Assembly: GCA_943788985.1 (NCBI GenBank)
Contig: CALSSJ010000011.1
Location: 96,001-160,000 of the forward strand
Length of the DNA stretch: 64,000 nt
Origin: an uncultured Lentisphaerales bacterium
GTDB lineage: Bacteria > Verrucomicrobiota > Lentisphaeria > JABSQK01 > UBA12247
Direction of reading: 5' to 3'
Shown here: positions 19,776 through 29,398 of the stretch, in pieces
How the letters are laid out: each line of letters opens with the position of its first letter
How positions within the stretch are numbered: the stretch's first letter is position 1
Made by a program: the position numbers and the translations under genes
The notes under the pieces: model-generated
What the model was told of the DNA's origin: nothing
The model's input: the letters and a program-made list of their open reading frames with translations, nothing else
The model's database searches: none

Positions 19776-20307
19776 CGGCTCAGGAGGTAAACAGATTCCG
19801 TCCAGTCTGCTAATTGCGGGCTTTGTGGCCCGTTACTGAGGGTGCCTCAGAGAGGGCAAGGGAGTATTGATGGCAGACTTTGCCCCGAGGCTCCTACTAA
19901 TAGCCCTAGGATAAACTTGCGTCTTCTGCGAACGCGCCTTTCGGGCACCTTGCAGCCAGGCTCCACACACGATAGGCATGGCTAACCGTTTTGCGAAACC
20001 ATACGACAAATTTCCTCGAAATTCGTCGTTCTCGCGACGCTCGGAGTTTATCCACGGACTGCTAAAACGCCTATGTTTTCTTCCTCACCAGCCTGAGTAC
20101 AGGCAGCGAACCGCGCCCTTGCGTTTTCGCAACCATCGGTCTTTATAAGCGATTCGGTGCCCGTACCGCAAGGTGCCCATCGTTGGCACAAACGATGGCC
20201 TGACGGATCGCGAAAATTTCTGTACTATTCGGTTTTCCGCTCTCCGTCGTTGGCCGCTCGCGGCCCAGCGGCCATACCCTAACAGTACCACCTCAGTCGG
20301 TGGTAAA

Positions 20308-20838
20308 ATGAACGCCAATCTGTACGCCCCACCAGTTTCGAAGACGCGCGACCCGCGGACCCTACCCTTGCTGCCGCTAGAGGAACGGGAGGCGCTAGAA
20401 ATCTCGATCAAATTCGTTTCGCGGACTTGGTTCACGCATATCGTGATGTTGTCCGGTCCGGTCTCGGGGGCCATCCGCCATTACGCTGTCGGGCTCCGGA
20501 AATCGGTGTATTTCTATGGACCGCTGGCTGGCAAAAGTCCAACGTCCTGGGCCGTGAGCCCAGCAGGCTGCTTAGTAGCGTATCGGCTCGCATTGAATTT
20601 CGTGTGCGACTCGACGACCAGGCACTTCCTGGCCACATTGATGTGTATACCCCCGATGTACCGGCTCGCCCAAATCACAGAATTTCGCCTTATTCTGTGC
20701 CATCGCCTACTCTACGAGAAAAATAAGCGATTGCCGCTTCGGAGGGGGATATGCCTGCCGGTCCAGTCGCCAGCTGGCGGTAACCTCACGATTACGCACA
20801 GCTTGCGTGCGCAAGATGAGGGAGAGTTGGCCCACTAA
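20308..20838 (+). CDS. Hypothetical protein or decayed gene
   Basis: Begins MNANLYAPP, resembling NPYxxP N-terminal motifs; otherwise unrecognised. Confidence 0.2.
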   Translation: MNANLYAPPVSKTRDPRTLPLLPLEEREALEISIKFVSRTWFTHIVMLSGPVSGAIRHYAVGLRKSVYFYGPLAGKSPTSWAVSPAGCLVAYRLALNFVCDSTTRHFLATLMCIPPMYRLAQITEFRLILCHRLLYEKNKRLPLRRGICLPVQSPAGGNLTITHSLRAQDEGELAH

Positions 20839-20856
20839 GGCGTTCACTTGTGCAAG

Positions 20857-20893
20857 CTCGGTTGTGAATCAGACAATCTAATTCACAACCGAG
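20857..20893. terminator. 13-bp perfect inverted repeat downstream of the methyltransferase
   Basis: ctcggttgtgaat ... attcacaaccgag. Confidence 0.5.
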
Positions 20894-20920
20894 GCGAGAC
20901 CTCGACCAAGCGGGTGTGTG

Positions 20921-21902
20921 CTACTTCCCGTGACTCAGAATGAAGAGCCCTGTGTCGCCTTTTCCACTGGCATTCAACTCGACCGCTTGCGTCTCGAACG
21001 CGGCCAACTCCTCAGTCGTGAATAGGGAGCGAGCGCGAGCTTTCGAGTTATTCTCCCCGGTCTCAGGGTCGATTAGGGGGATGTCGCGTGCATAAATCTC
21101 ACTGCCTAGAAACTGAAAGGTAGTGGAGATGCATTCGTTGTGCACGAGCTTAAGCCCAGTTTGTTCCGCCAGCAGTTCGACACTCTTTGTGGTATGAATC
21201 ACAAGATGGCGTGGGGCGTCAAGTTGCACCCAGCTGACTCCATAGTGTTCCCACGCATAACAGTGGGCTACGGGCATTGCCAGCACCACGTGTCCGCCTT
21301 CAGCCAACAACGGGGTCACATCTCTCAAGACCTCAGGAGAATTGTTCATGTGTTCGAAAGAGTGATTTGAACAAGATTAAGTCAAACTTTCCTTGCATCT
21401 CACTCAGCGTCTTCTTGTAGATGGTAACGCCCTGATCGAAGACAATATCCTGTTCTACAAACGGATCGACGCCGGTCAAGTTGCCAAAGCCTTCGTGATA
21501 CAGGTGGTGCAGCAGTTCGCCTCCCCCACCGCCAACATCCAGAATTCTCGAGTCTTGGTGCAATGGAACGTGCGCAAAGCTGTCGGGTAAGTCGGGGCGG
21601 CCGTTCAATCCCACCAAAGCAGATCCCAGCAGGCTGGTGTGTCCCAGGGCGTGCTGAAGACGAACTCGCTTGAGTGCTCTCTTTAGCCCGCCGGACTTTG
21701 GGAGTTCCATGCTCGCAAAAGAATAATAGTTGTCTGGATAATAGTCCCCGAGGTTGTCGGGAACTACGGCAATCTGAAGGGCATGGCACCGGGCACATTC
21801 GAAGTACTCGAAGGAATCGTGCGTGCCGAACATCATCTCATGCGCGGAAAAGGTACGATTGTCCTGAGTGTTCGCACAGGCGTCGCAAGCATATTGTGTC
21901 AT
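20921..21902 (-). CDS. Class I SAM-dependent methyltransferase with N-terminal Cys pairs, +1 frameshift at about 21365
   Basis: CDAC...CARC, ILDVGGGGG, restored NHSFEHM, WVQLDAPRHL. Confidence 0.8.
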
Positions 21903-22746
21903 GTCGGGGGATTCCCATTGTAGCGTTCTTTACATTCGATACTGATTTGACCGCATCAGCCTTGGCTTATGCACAGAAGATTTAGAATCCTTGTGCGTCA
22001 AACCCCTGCAGTCCTACAGCCCAACTCCATATCCGAATAAGCTACCGTCAATCTCTTCATTGGCGAGCGCAATCGCCCAAAACGTAGCGAGGGTCCGCCG
22101 GCATGGGCCCCCGCTGTAGTATGCGCAGTAAGATTCCTGTGGTCTGGTCTTGGACCGATGCAAGACAGGAGGAAGAGATGTCTGTCAAGCTAGATACGCG
22201 AAAACTGCGAGAAGGAGGAGGGGAGTTCGGATTGCAGATCTTGGACTAGCGACTTGCCACCAGCGGGGCTGACACTTTGACTTGGCTTACCTGTTGGCTG
22301 GCTCCGCGGTTGGAATGCCCGAAGATTGCGTATCGGCACGTAGAAGCGTCTGCCAATCCCGTTGGTCACGAAGCGCTGGTCCGAAATGCCGGGCAAAACA
22401 ACCATCCACTGGAGAGATAAAGAATCTCCCGTAACACACGCAAAAAGGTTATGGGACCAGACTCCGTCTGCTTTAATTCCCATGTCCCGAACGAGGTCGG
22501 CGCCTTTGCCATAGGCAGCCATCCCCTCATGGCGACTCTGTACGCAAAAACGAGCAGAATTTCTATAACTTTCCGGGCATTATTGCCAAAGAGAAGGCCC
22601 AAGGCAATTGTGGCAACAAGTGGACCTGTACCCCTCCAATGATCAGGCGGCGTTTCAATGTCCGGCTGTAAGCTGAATGGCGCATTCTGGTAGGATAGGA
22701 CGGCCAGGAGAAATGTCAAGAGGGGGAGGATGTTGGGCCGAAACAG

Positions 22747-22811
22747 GGTAGCCCAGGCCCGCGCTCGTATCGTGTTTGGCTTGGGCTACCTTGTCGGGGC
22801 CCGTTGGGCCT
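22747..22811. repeat. Dispersed REP-like palindromic element, copy 2
   Basis: ggtagcccaggcc...ggcttgggctacc hairpin followed by ggcccgttgggcc. Confidence 0.6.
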
Positions 22812-22920
22812 GGCTGGATTCCCGTAAATCACCGGTAAGTATGCGCAAAGTTGCGAGTGCTATTTCCTTCTGCAGCATGAAATGTTGAGCCGCGGGCAGG
22901 CGGAGTTCCGAAGGTGGGGC

Positions 22921-24327
22921 TTAGATTTCTTCGAACTCGTCGAGGCGGCGCAGCCAGCGGGCGCGGGCCAGGCACTGGTGGTACATGCAGGGGCGGTCGC
23001 CGATTTCACAGGTGCCGTCGGGGCGGGTGCCGCCGCACGGGCCTTCCTCGAGCCCTTTGGGGCACTGGGAGGCAGGCACGTAAAAGGTTTTGGCGAGCTG
23101 CCACTGGTCGCTGGCGTCGAGGCAGAGGGTTTTGCGAAGGATGCGGCCAAGGGAACCGGTGCGTTTTTCGACGGAGAGTGCATCGGCGATCAGGTAACGG
23201 ACTCGGTCGCCTGTGGTGGCTTGAGGCAGGCGATTGTGGGCCTGGAGTGTGTGCTGGGCGTTGTAGGTGCAGAGGCTCTCATCGAGCAGATTTTTATAGG
23301 CGTAGTAGTGACGCGGGTAGGGGGCCATTTCGACACGGTCATGGTAGTCATTCCAAGCACGGAGCCAATCTTTGTAGGTGGTCAGGCTCTGAGAGTAGGT
23401 GTCGATCTCATTGAGCAAATTCTGAAGGCGCGCAGGGTCTTCGATGCCGGCGATCTGGACGCCGCTGCAACCGAGGAGTCGGCAGCCGGTGGCTTGGAGG
23501 GCCAGACGGCGGAGTTGGGCGGCTTCGGCTTGTTGATCGCCGACGTTAGCTTCGCGCTGGAGTTGGGCGGCAAACTCGCGGGACATGACTTGCCCAGGAC
23601 AGAGCCCGTCAAGGATGGGGACGACTTCCTGGGGGCGGACAAAACGAAGACGGGCAATGACGGGAATGGCATAGTTGCGCTGCTGGCTGTACCAGAGCAG
23701 CTCTTGGATCTTCTTCATGTCCCAGCCTGCTTCGGTGACGAAGAAGTGGGCACCGGCTTTGATCTTGCGGGCCATTTTGTAGTACTGCAGAAAGGTGTCT
23801 GCAATGTTGTACTTGAAGGGGTTTACGGTGGCCGCAAGGGTCAAGCCCTGCACGTGCAGTTGCTGGAGCATGAGGGTGCTGTCGAGGTGGGCTCCGGGAT
23901 GGCCAGCGAAGTCGCCTTTGAGCGGCGAGGGCTTGGCGAAACCGGAGACGAGCAGCAGATCGGAGACTTTGGCCGACTTAAGCCTGGCGACGAGCTCGCT
24001 GAGATTCTCGGCACTGAGCCCCGTTCCGGAGACGGCGGCCATGACCGGGAGCTTTTTACGCTCCCGCTTGAGACCGGCGAGGGTATCGACGAGGCTGTGG
24101 CGCTCGGCTTCGGCCTGGAAGCCGCCGGTGAGGACGAGGCCGTGGATGCGCTTGTCGGTGGCGACACTGCGGACGACCTCGGTAACGGGGAGCATACCGA
24201 GCTGGAAGGGCTGGTCGGCATTAGGGCGCACGATCTCTAGTAGGACGGTAAAGTCGTCTTGGTAGAGGCGCTCCCGGAGGCGGGTATCGGCCTCGAAGGT
24301 CATCTCAAGCTGGCGTTCGTTTTTCAA
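22921..24327 (-). CDS. MTHFR-like (MetF) domain fused to C-terminal Cys-rich MetV/MTHFR_C domain
   Basis: VNPFKY, KMARKIKAGAHFFVT; C-terminal CPKGLEEGPCGG...GTCE...PC. Confidence 0.8.
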   Translation of the reverse strand: MKNERQLEMTFEADTRLRERLYQDDFTVLLEIVRPNADQPFQLGMLPVTEVVRSVATDKRIHGLVLTGGFQAEAERHSLVDTLAGLKRERKKLPVMAAVSGTGLSAENLSELVARLKSAKVSDLLLVSGFAKPSPLKGDFAGHPGAHLDSTLMLQQLHVQGLTLAATVNPFKYNIADTFLQYYKMARKIKAGAHFFVTEAGWDMKKIQELLWYSQQRNYAIPVIARLRFVRPQEVVPILDGLCPGQVMSREFAAQLQREANVGDQQAEAAQLRRLALQATGCRLLGCSGVQIAGIEDPARLQNLLNEIDTYSQSLTTYKDWLRAWNDYHDRVEMAPYPRHYYAYKNLLDESLCTYNAQHTLQAHNRLPQATTGDRVRYLIADALSVEKRTGSLGRILRKTLCLDASDQWQLAKTFYVPASQCPKGLEEGPCGGTRPDGTCEIGDRPCMYHQCLARARWLRRLDEFEEI

Positions 24328-24342
24328 GAGGGCCTGCTTCGG

Positions 24343-25623
24343 TTATTCGATGACAACGCGTCGCAGGTTTTTCTTGCCGGCTCGCAAGACGAGCTCACCG
24401 TCTTGAAAGTCCTGGAGCGTGACTTGGCGCTGGACATCGGTCAGGCGCTCTTCGTTGAGGTAGGCACCGCCGCCCTGGATGAGGCGTCTGGCAGCGCCGT
24501 TGCCGGTCTGGAGGCCTGATTCGGTGAAGAGGGCGCAGATCCAGATGCCTGCTTCGGCTGCGGCCTTACCCAGCGCGTAGGTGGGTAGATCTTTGGTGCT
24601 GGACTCGGGCCGGAACTGGGCAATGCGGCTGCTGGTCTGGATCTTGCCTTCGGGGTCGGCAAAGCCGAATCTGCCGGCGATGGCGTGGAAGACCCGCTCG
24701 GCTTCTTGGAAACCATGGGCGAGGGCGGTGGCTTCGAAGGCGAGGATCTCTTTGGCGCGGTTGATGGCCGGGGCTTCGAGAGCGCCGAGGCGCTGGATTT
24801 CTGCAACGGGCAGGTCGGTAAAGAAGCACAGGAGCTTTGTGACTTCGGTGTCTTCGACGTTGCGCCAGAATTGGTAGTAATCGGTGGTGCTGGTGCGCTT
24901 GGGGTCGAGCCAGACAGCGCCGGCCACTGTCTTGCCAAACTTCTGGCCCTGGCTGTTGGTGAGCAGCGGAAAGGTGGCGCCGTAGACTTCTTGGCTGAGC
25001 ATGCGGCGGGTGAGGTCGATGCCGGCAACGATGTTGCCCCATTGGTCTTGGCCACCGAATTGAAAGCGGCAGTTGCGATCGCGGCGCAGGACGTAGAAGT
25101 CGTAGGCCTGGAGGAGCGTGTAGTTGAACTCGAGGAAGCTGAGGCCGGTCTCTAGACGCTGCTTGACAGATTCGGCGGTGAGCATGCGATTGACGCTGAA
25201 GTGCTTGCCGACATCGCGCAGGAATTCGATGTAGCCGAGGCCATCGAGCCAGTCGGAGTTATTGACGAGGATTCCCTTGTCGTCATCGGAGAAATCGAGA
25301 AAGCGCCCGACTTGCTGACGCAGCGCGGTTGCGTTGTCCGCAATGTCTTGCTCGCTGAGCATCTTGCGCATCTCGGTTTTACCGGAAGGGTCGCCGACGC
25401 GGGCGGTGCCGCCGCCGATCAGGATGACGGGACGATGGCCGTGGCGCTGGAGGTGACGAGCAGCCATGATCGGCAGCAGATGGCCAACATGCATGCTGTC
25501 TGCGGTGGGATCGATACCTATGTAAAAGGCTTCGCCTTCGGCATTCAGTAGTTTTTTAGTCGCTTCTTCGTCGGTGTGCTGGTAGAAGAAGCCGCGTTGC
25601 TCAAGGATATCAAATGCGTTCAT
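24343..25623 (-). CDS. tyrS: Tyrosine--tRNA ligase
   Basis: YIGIDPTADSMHVGH, GDPSGK, QAYDF, GGQDQWGNI, KFGKT, C-terminal S4 domain. Confidence 0.97.
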   Translation of the reverse strand: MNAFDILEQRGFFYQHTDEEATKKLLNAEGEAFYIGIDPTADSMHVGHLLPIMAARHLQRHGHRPVILIGGGTARVGDPSGKTEMRKMLSEQDIADNATALRQQVGRFLDFSDDDKGILVNNSDWLDGLGYIEFLRDVGKHFSVNRMLTAESVKQRLETGLSFLEFNYTLLQAYDFYVLRRDRNCRFQFGGQDQWGNIVAGIDLTRRMLSQEVYGATFPLLTNSQGQKFGKTVAGAVWLDPKRTSTTDYYQFWRNVEDTEVTKLLCFFTDLPVAEIQRLGALEAPAINRAKEILAFEATALAHGFQEAERVFHAIAGRFGFADPEGKIQTSSRIAQFRPESSTKDLPTYALGKAAAEAGIWICALFTESGLQTGNGAARRLIQGGGAYLNEERLTDVQRQVTLQDFQDGELVLRAGKKNLRRVVIE

Positions 25624-26723
25624 GATTCGGCGAGTAGGTCTCTTAAGGCGTTAAGGCAGCGCAAGTTTTCGGTGCGCGTGCCAAAAGTAATTCGGATGTG
25701 GTTGGGCAAGTCATAGACTTCCATCGGGCGGACGATGATGCCGTTCTCGCGCAGGCGGCGCGCTGGCTCCAGGCTGGCGTCTACTTGGATCAAAATGAAA
25801 TTGGCCGCGGTTGGCAGGAAGCTGACGCCCATGGCGGTAAGCTGTTGCTCGAAGAAGTTTTTCTCGCTGCGGTAGAGTTCGCGGCTGCTGGTGACAAAGG
25901 CTTGGTCGGACAGTGCGGCGACTGCTGCTTGTTGGGCAAGGCGGTTGGTGTTGAACGGTTGCCTGACTTTGCCAAGGGCGGTGGCGAGTTCCTGGCAGGC
26001 GACGCCATAGCCGATGCGCAGTCCCGCGAGCCCATAGGCCTTGGAAAAGCTGCGGCAAACGAGCAGGTTAGGGAAGCGTTCGACCCAGTCCATGGAGGGG
26101 GGCATGAGCGTGAGTGCGATCTCCGCATAGGCCTCGTCGAGGACGATCAGGACGTCTTCGGGGACGCACTCGCAGAAGCGCTCAAGTTCATCGGCGGCGA
26201 CTGCTGTACCGGTGGGATTATTGGGATTGCAGACGAAGACTACGGAGGTGTCGTCCTGGATGGCAGTGGCCATGGCGTCCAGATCGTGCCGTAGGTCTGC
26301 GCCCATCGGAACTTGGGTGGACTTGCAGCCGAACATCCGCGCGAGCAGCCGGTAGACGACGAAGGCGTGCGCGCTGAAGACGACGTGGGTGTCGCCGCGC
26401 ATGAAACAATGGCCGACAAACTCGAGAATCTCGTTCGAGCCATTGCCCAAGATCAGTTGCTCGGGAGCCACGCCGTGCTCTTCAGACAGAGCCTGGCGTA
26501 GTTCCCAAGCCCCGCCATCGGGGTAGAGGTGGCATTCCCCGATCGCTTCCTCAAGGGCTTGCATGGCCTTTGGAGATGGGCCTAGTGCTGACTCGTTGCT
26601 CGCAAGCTTCACGATACTGTCCGGGTCTAGACCCAACTCCCGTGCCACTTCCTCGATCGGTCGGCCCGGCTCATAGGGGCGCAGCGCTGACAGGTTGGGG
26701 CCGAGCTTCTGCAGCAGGTTCAT
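25620..26723 (-). CDS. hisC: Histidinol-phosphate aminotransferase
   Basis: YEPGRP, KLASNE, NPNNPTG, DEAY, RSFSKAYGLAGLRIGY. Confidence 0.95.
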   Translation of the reverse strand: MNLLQKLGPNLSALRPYEPGRPIEEVARELGLDPDSIVKLASNESALGPSPKAMQALEEAIGECHLYPDGGAWELRQALSEEHGVAPEQLILGNGSNEILEFVGHCFMRGDTHVVFSAHAFVVYRLLARMFGCKSTQVPMGADLRHDLDAMATAIQDDTSVVFVCNPNNPTGTAVAADELERFCECVPEDVLIVLDEAYAEIALTLMPPSMDWVERFPNLLVCRSFSKAYGLAGLRIGYGVACQELATALGKVRQPFNTNRLAQQAAVAALSDQAFVTSSRELYRSEKNFFEQQLTAMGVSFLPTAANFILIQVDASLEPARRLRENGIIVRPMEVYDLPNHIRITFGTRTENLRCLNALRDLLAES

Positions 26724-26725
26724 CG

Positions 26726-29398
26726 TTAGAGAACCTTGCCGCTTTCGACGTCCATGAGGCGGAATTCTTCACGATGAAGACGCGCATCGGCACGAAACAC
26801 GAGGCTGCCGCCAAATTTTCCTTCCATGTCTTCGAGGATATGGGCGTCGGAATTCTTGAGCCGCTCCAGGACGCTCGGATGCACGGTGATCCGGACTTTA
26901 GTTAGGCCCTGCTTACGGCGCAGGATTTCCTGGAGGCGGCGCTGAATCTCAACGCTGATGCTGACAGTGGACTTGACGAGTCCTTTGCCTTCGCAGTAGG
27001 GGCAGTTCTCGAACAGGGCGTCCTGTAGGCTTTCGTACTCGCGCTGGCGGGTCATCTCCATGAGCCCAAGCTTCGAGATGCGCAGGAGCTTGGTTCTGGC
27101 GCGATCACGATCGGTGGCGTCGCGCATGGCGGTGTAGACCTTCTCGCGATCGGTACCGGAGCGCATGTCGATGAAGTCGACAACGACGAGGCCACCGACG
27201 TTACGCAGGCGCAGCTGGCGACCAATCTCACCGGCAGCTTCCATGTTCGTGGTCAGGATGGTCTCGGGGTGGTCTTTGCCGCCACGGGATTTGCCTGAGT
27301 TGATGTCGATAGCAATGAGCGCTTCGGTTTCATCGATGACCAGTTCGCCGCCGCTCGGCAGGCCGACTTTACGGCCAAAGATCTGCTCGATCTGCTTGGA
27401 GAGCTTGTAGAACTGGAAGATGGGCCGGGCTTTCTCGTAGAGCTTGAGCTCGACTTTCTCTGTGGCACCGATGCGCTCGATGTAGGATGCGGCGATGTCA
27501 TAGGACTTTTGCGAGTCGACGACGATCTGCTTGACGTCGTTGTCGTAGTAGTCGCGCAAGGTACGCTCGAGGACGCCAGGCTCCTGAAAAACACAACATG
27601 GGGCAGGGCGGTCGCAGTTGGCCTGAGTGGCCTCCCACTTGCCGAGCACGTAGGAGACGTCGTTGCGAATCTCTTCATCCGTGAGCGTCTCGCCTGCAGT
27701 ACGGCAGATGGCGCCCATGCCTGCGGGGAGTTCTAGACTCTTCATGATCTTGCGCAGACGCTCGCGCTCTTTGCGGCTCTCGATTTTGCGGGAGACGCCG
27801 CGATGGCTGGAGTTCGGAAGCAAGACAACACAACGGCCAGCGAGGCTCAGGTTTGTGGTAACTCGCGGCCCCTTGGTGCCGATTGGCCCCTTGGTGACCT
27901 GGACGATGACTTCGGTGCCTGGAGGAAACTGCTTTGGAATCGCGTCCAGGTCGAGCGGGGCATCGCGCCGGTCATTCCTATTCCCGTCCGGTTTCTGCTG
28001 CTGTTGTTTTTCCTGGCTGGGAGCCGGGGCGTCGCCGGAGGTTTTCTCTTCCTGCGGCCGGGCGGATTGGGCCTTCTCGCCGGATTCTTTTTGGTCTCTG
28101 CGGCGATTGCGATTCCGTCCGCCGCGGCGGTTGTTGTCACGCTCCGGCGTGGGGGGTGGCGTAGCCGGCGGTGCCTCGAAGCGCTTTTCTTCGGCTTCGC
28201 GCTCTTCCTTCAGCTTGGGAAAGAACAGTTCTTTGAGACGGCGGAGAAAGCCGGCCAAACCGCTGACTGGGGCTTCGACTTTGGGGGTGGGGATGTTCCG
28301 CGGCGGACCAGAGTCCTTCTTCTCTGGTTTATCCTGACGCTGGTCGCGATTCTGGTCGCGATCCCGGTTGCGATTGCGGTTGCGATTTCTCCGTCGATTC
28401 TTCGTCCCCTCGCCGCCTCCTTCATTGTCGGCGTCTTTGCCGTCCTGGCGAATCTTGTCTGGGCGATTGCGATTCTCATTCTGACGACTGTCGTTCTGGT
28501 CGCGACCTTCGCCGTGGCCCTCACCTTGGGCCTGCTCGCCACGGTCACCGCGGTTGCGATTGCGGTTGCGTCCGCCACGGCGTCGGCGGTTTCTGCCACC
28601 GCCACCACCTTCGCCACGCTGATTGTCACCGCCGCCGTTACCGCCACGGCCTCCGTCGCCTCCAGCGGCGCTTTCTGGGGCGTCAGCCATGGCCATCGGA
28701 GGGCGCTCTTCCGGCGGGAGGTCCACGCTTCCTGCGGCGGGATGGTCGGTGTCAAGTTCAGCCTCGGCCAAGGCCTCTTCGTCTATTGCTTCAGGCCCTT
28801 CGTCGCCGTCTGGCTCACAGGGAACTTCGACGACTTCCGGCTCCTGTTCAGGCGCCTTCTGTTCAGCAGCGGGCTCCTGTTCAGGCGCCTTCTGTTCAGC
28901 AGCGGGCTCCTGTTCAGGCGCCTTCTGTTCAGCAGCGGGCTCCTGTTCAGGCGCCTTCTGTTCAGCAGCGGGCTCCTGTTCAGGCGCATTCTGTGCAGCA
29001 GCAGGTTCCTGTTCAGGTGCTTTCGTTTCAGCAGCAGGCTCAGCGTTGGGCTGGTCGCTGCTGTCCTCGGCGGCCGGGTTTTCTGGATCGTCCTCGTTTG
29101 GCTTACGCTTGGAGCGCAAGGGCTTGTCTTCGACGGTACTCAGCGCTTTTTCTTCTTCCCACATTTCTTCTGTGGCGGGAACCATGTCCCAGTAATGAAG
29201 AAAGGCGTTTTTTGGGGTGCCTAGATCCACGAACGCAGCTTGGAGGGACGGTTCGAGGTTTGAAATTCTACTTTTGAAGATGGAGCCCACGAGGTTTCGC
29301 TGGCCTTCCCGTTCTACGTAGTACTCTTGCAGCGTGCCTTCTTCGACAACGGCGACGCGTGTTTCCAGTTGTTCCTGGTTAACTATTATCTGTTTCAT
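26726..29398 (-). CDS. rne: Ribonuclease E/G family with a large low-complexity insertion in the S1 domain
   Basis: LQAAFVD, VQVTKGPIGTKGPR, IDINSG, LRNVGGLVVVDFIDM, CPYC; start at 29398 or 29407. Confidence 0.92.
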   Translation of the reverse strand: MKQIIVNQEQLETRVAVVEEGTLQEYYVEREGQRNLVGSIFKSRISNLEPSLQAAFVDLGTPKNAFLHYWDMVPATEEMWEEEKALSTVEDKPLRSKRKPNEDDPENPAAEDSSDQPNAEPAAETKAPEQEPAAAQNAPEQEPAAEQKAPEQEPAAEQKAPEQEPAAEQKAPEQEPAAEQKAPEQEPEVVEVPCEPDGDEGPEAIDEEALAEAELDTDHPAAGSVDLPPEERPPMAMADAPESAAGGDGGRGGNGGGDNQRGEGGGGGRNRRRRGGRNRNRNRGDRGEQAQGEGHGEGRDQNDSRQNENRNRPDKIRQDGKDADNEGGGEGTKNRRRNRNRNRNRDRDQNRDQRQDKPEKKDSGPPRNIPTPKVEAPVSGLAGFLRRLKELFFPKLKEEREAEEKRFEAPPATPPPTPERDNNRRGGRNRNRRRDQKESGEKAQSARPQEEKTSGDAPAPSQEKQQQQKPDGNRNDRRDAPLDLDAIPKQFPPGTEVIVQVTKGPIGTKGPRVTTNLSLAGRCVVLLPNSSHRGVSRKIESRKERERLRKIMKSLELPAGMGAICRTAGETLTDEEIRNDVSYVLGKWEATQANCDRPAPCCVFQEPGVLERTLRDYYDNDVKQIVVDSQKSYDIAASYIERIGATEKVELKLYEKARPIFQFYKLSKQIEQIFGRKVGLPSGGELVIDETEALIAIDINSGKSRGGKDHPETILTTNMEAAGEIGRQLRLRNVGGLVVVDFIDMRSGTDREKVYTAMRDATDRDRARTKLLRISKLGLMEMTRQREYESLQDALFENCPYCEGKGLVKSTVSISVEIQRRLQEILRRKQGLTKVRITVHPSVLERLKNSDAHILEDMEGKFGGSLVFRADARLHREEFRLMDVESGKVL
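28839..29036. repeat. 33-bp tandem repeat (4 identical + 2 degenerate copies) encoding AAEQKAPEQEP
   Basis: Unit ggctcctgttcaggcgccttctgttcagcagcg. Confidence 0.95.

Noticed and set aside
20700..20715. cctactctac motif as a second group II intron 3' end
   Set aside because: No domain V-like sequence upstream; likely chance
22190..22719. Two short minus-strand ORFs as genes
   Set aside because: Overlapping fragments with no recognisable family; probably remnants
22882..24240. Long antisense ORFs (also 27803-29224, 38818-40302, 52838-54517)
   Set aside because: Shadow frames of well-supported genes in GC-rich DNA, with no motifs
28839..29036. 33-bp repeats as a CRISPR array
   Set aside because: Head-to-tail with no spacers, length divisible by 3, in frame within rne, and no cas genes in the window
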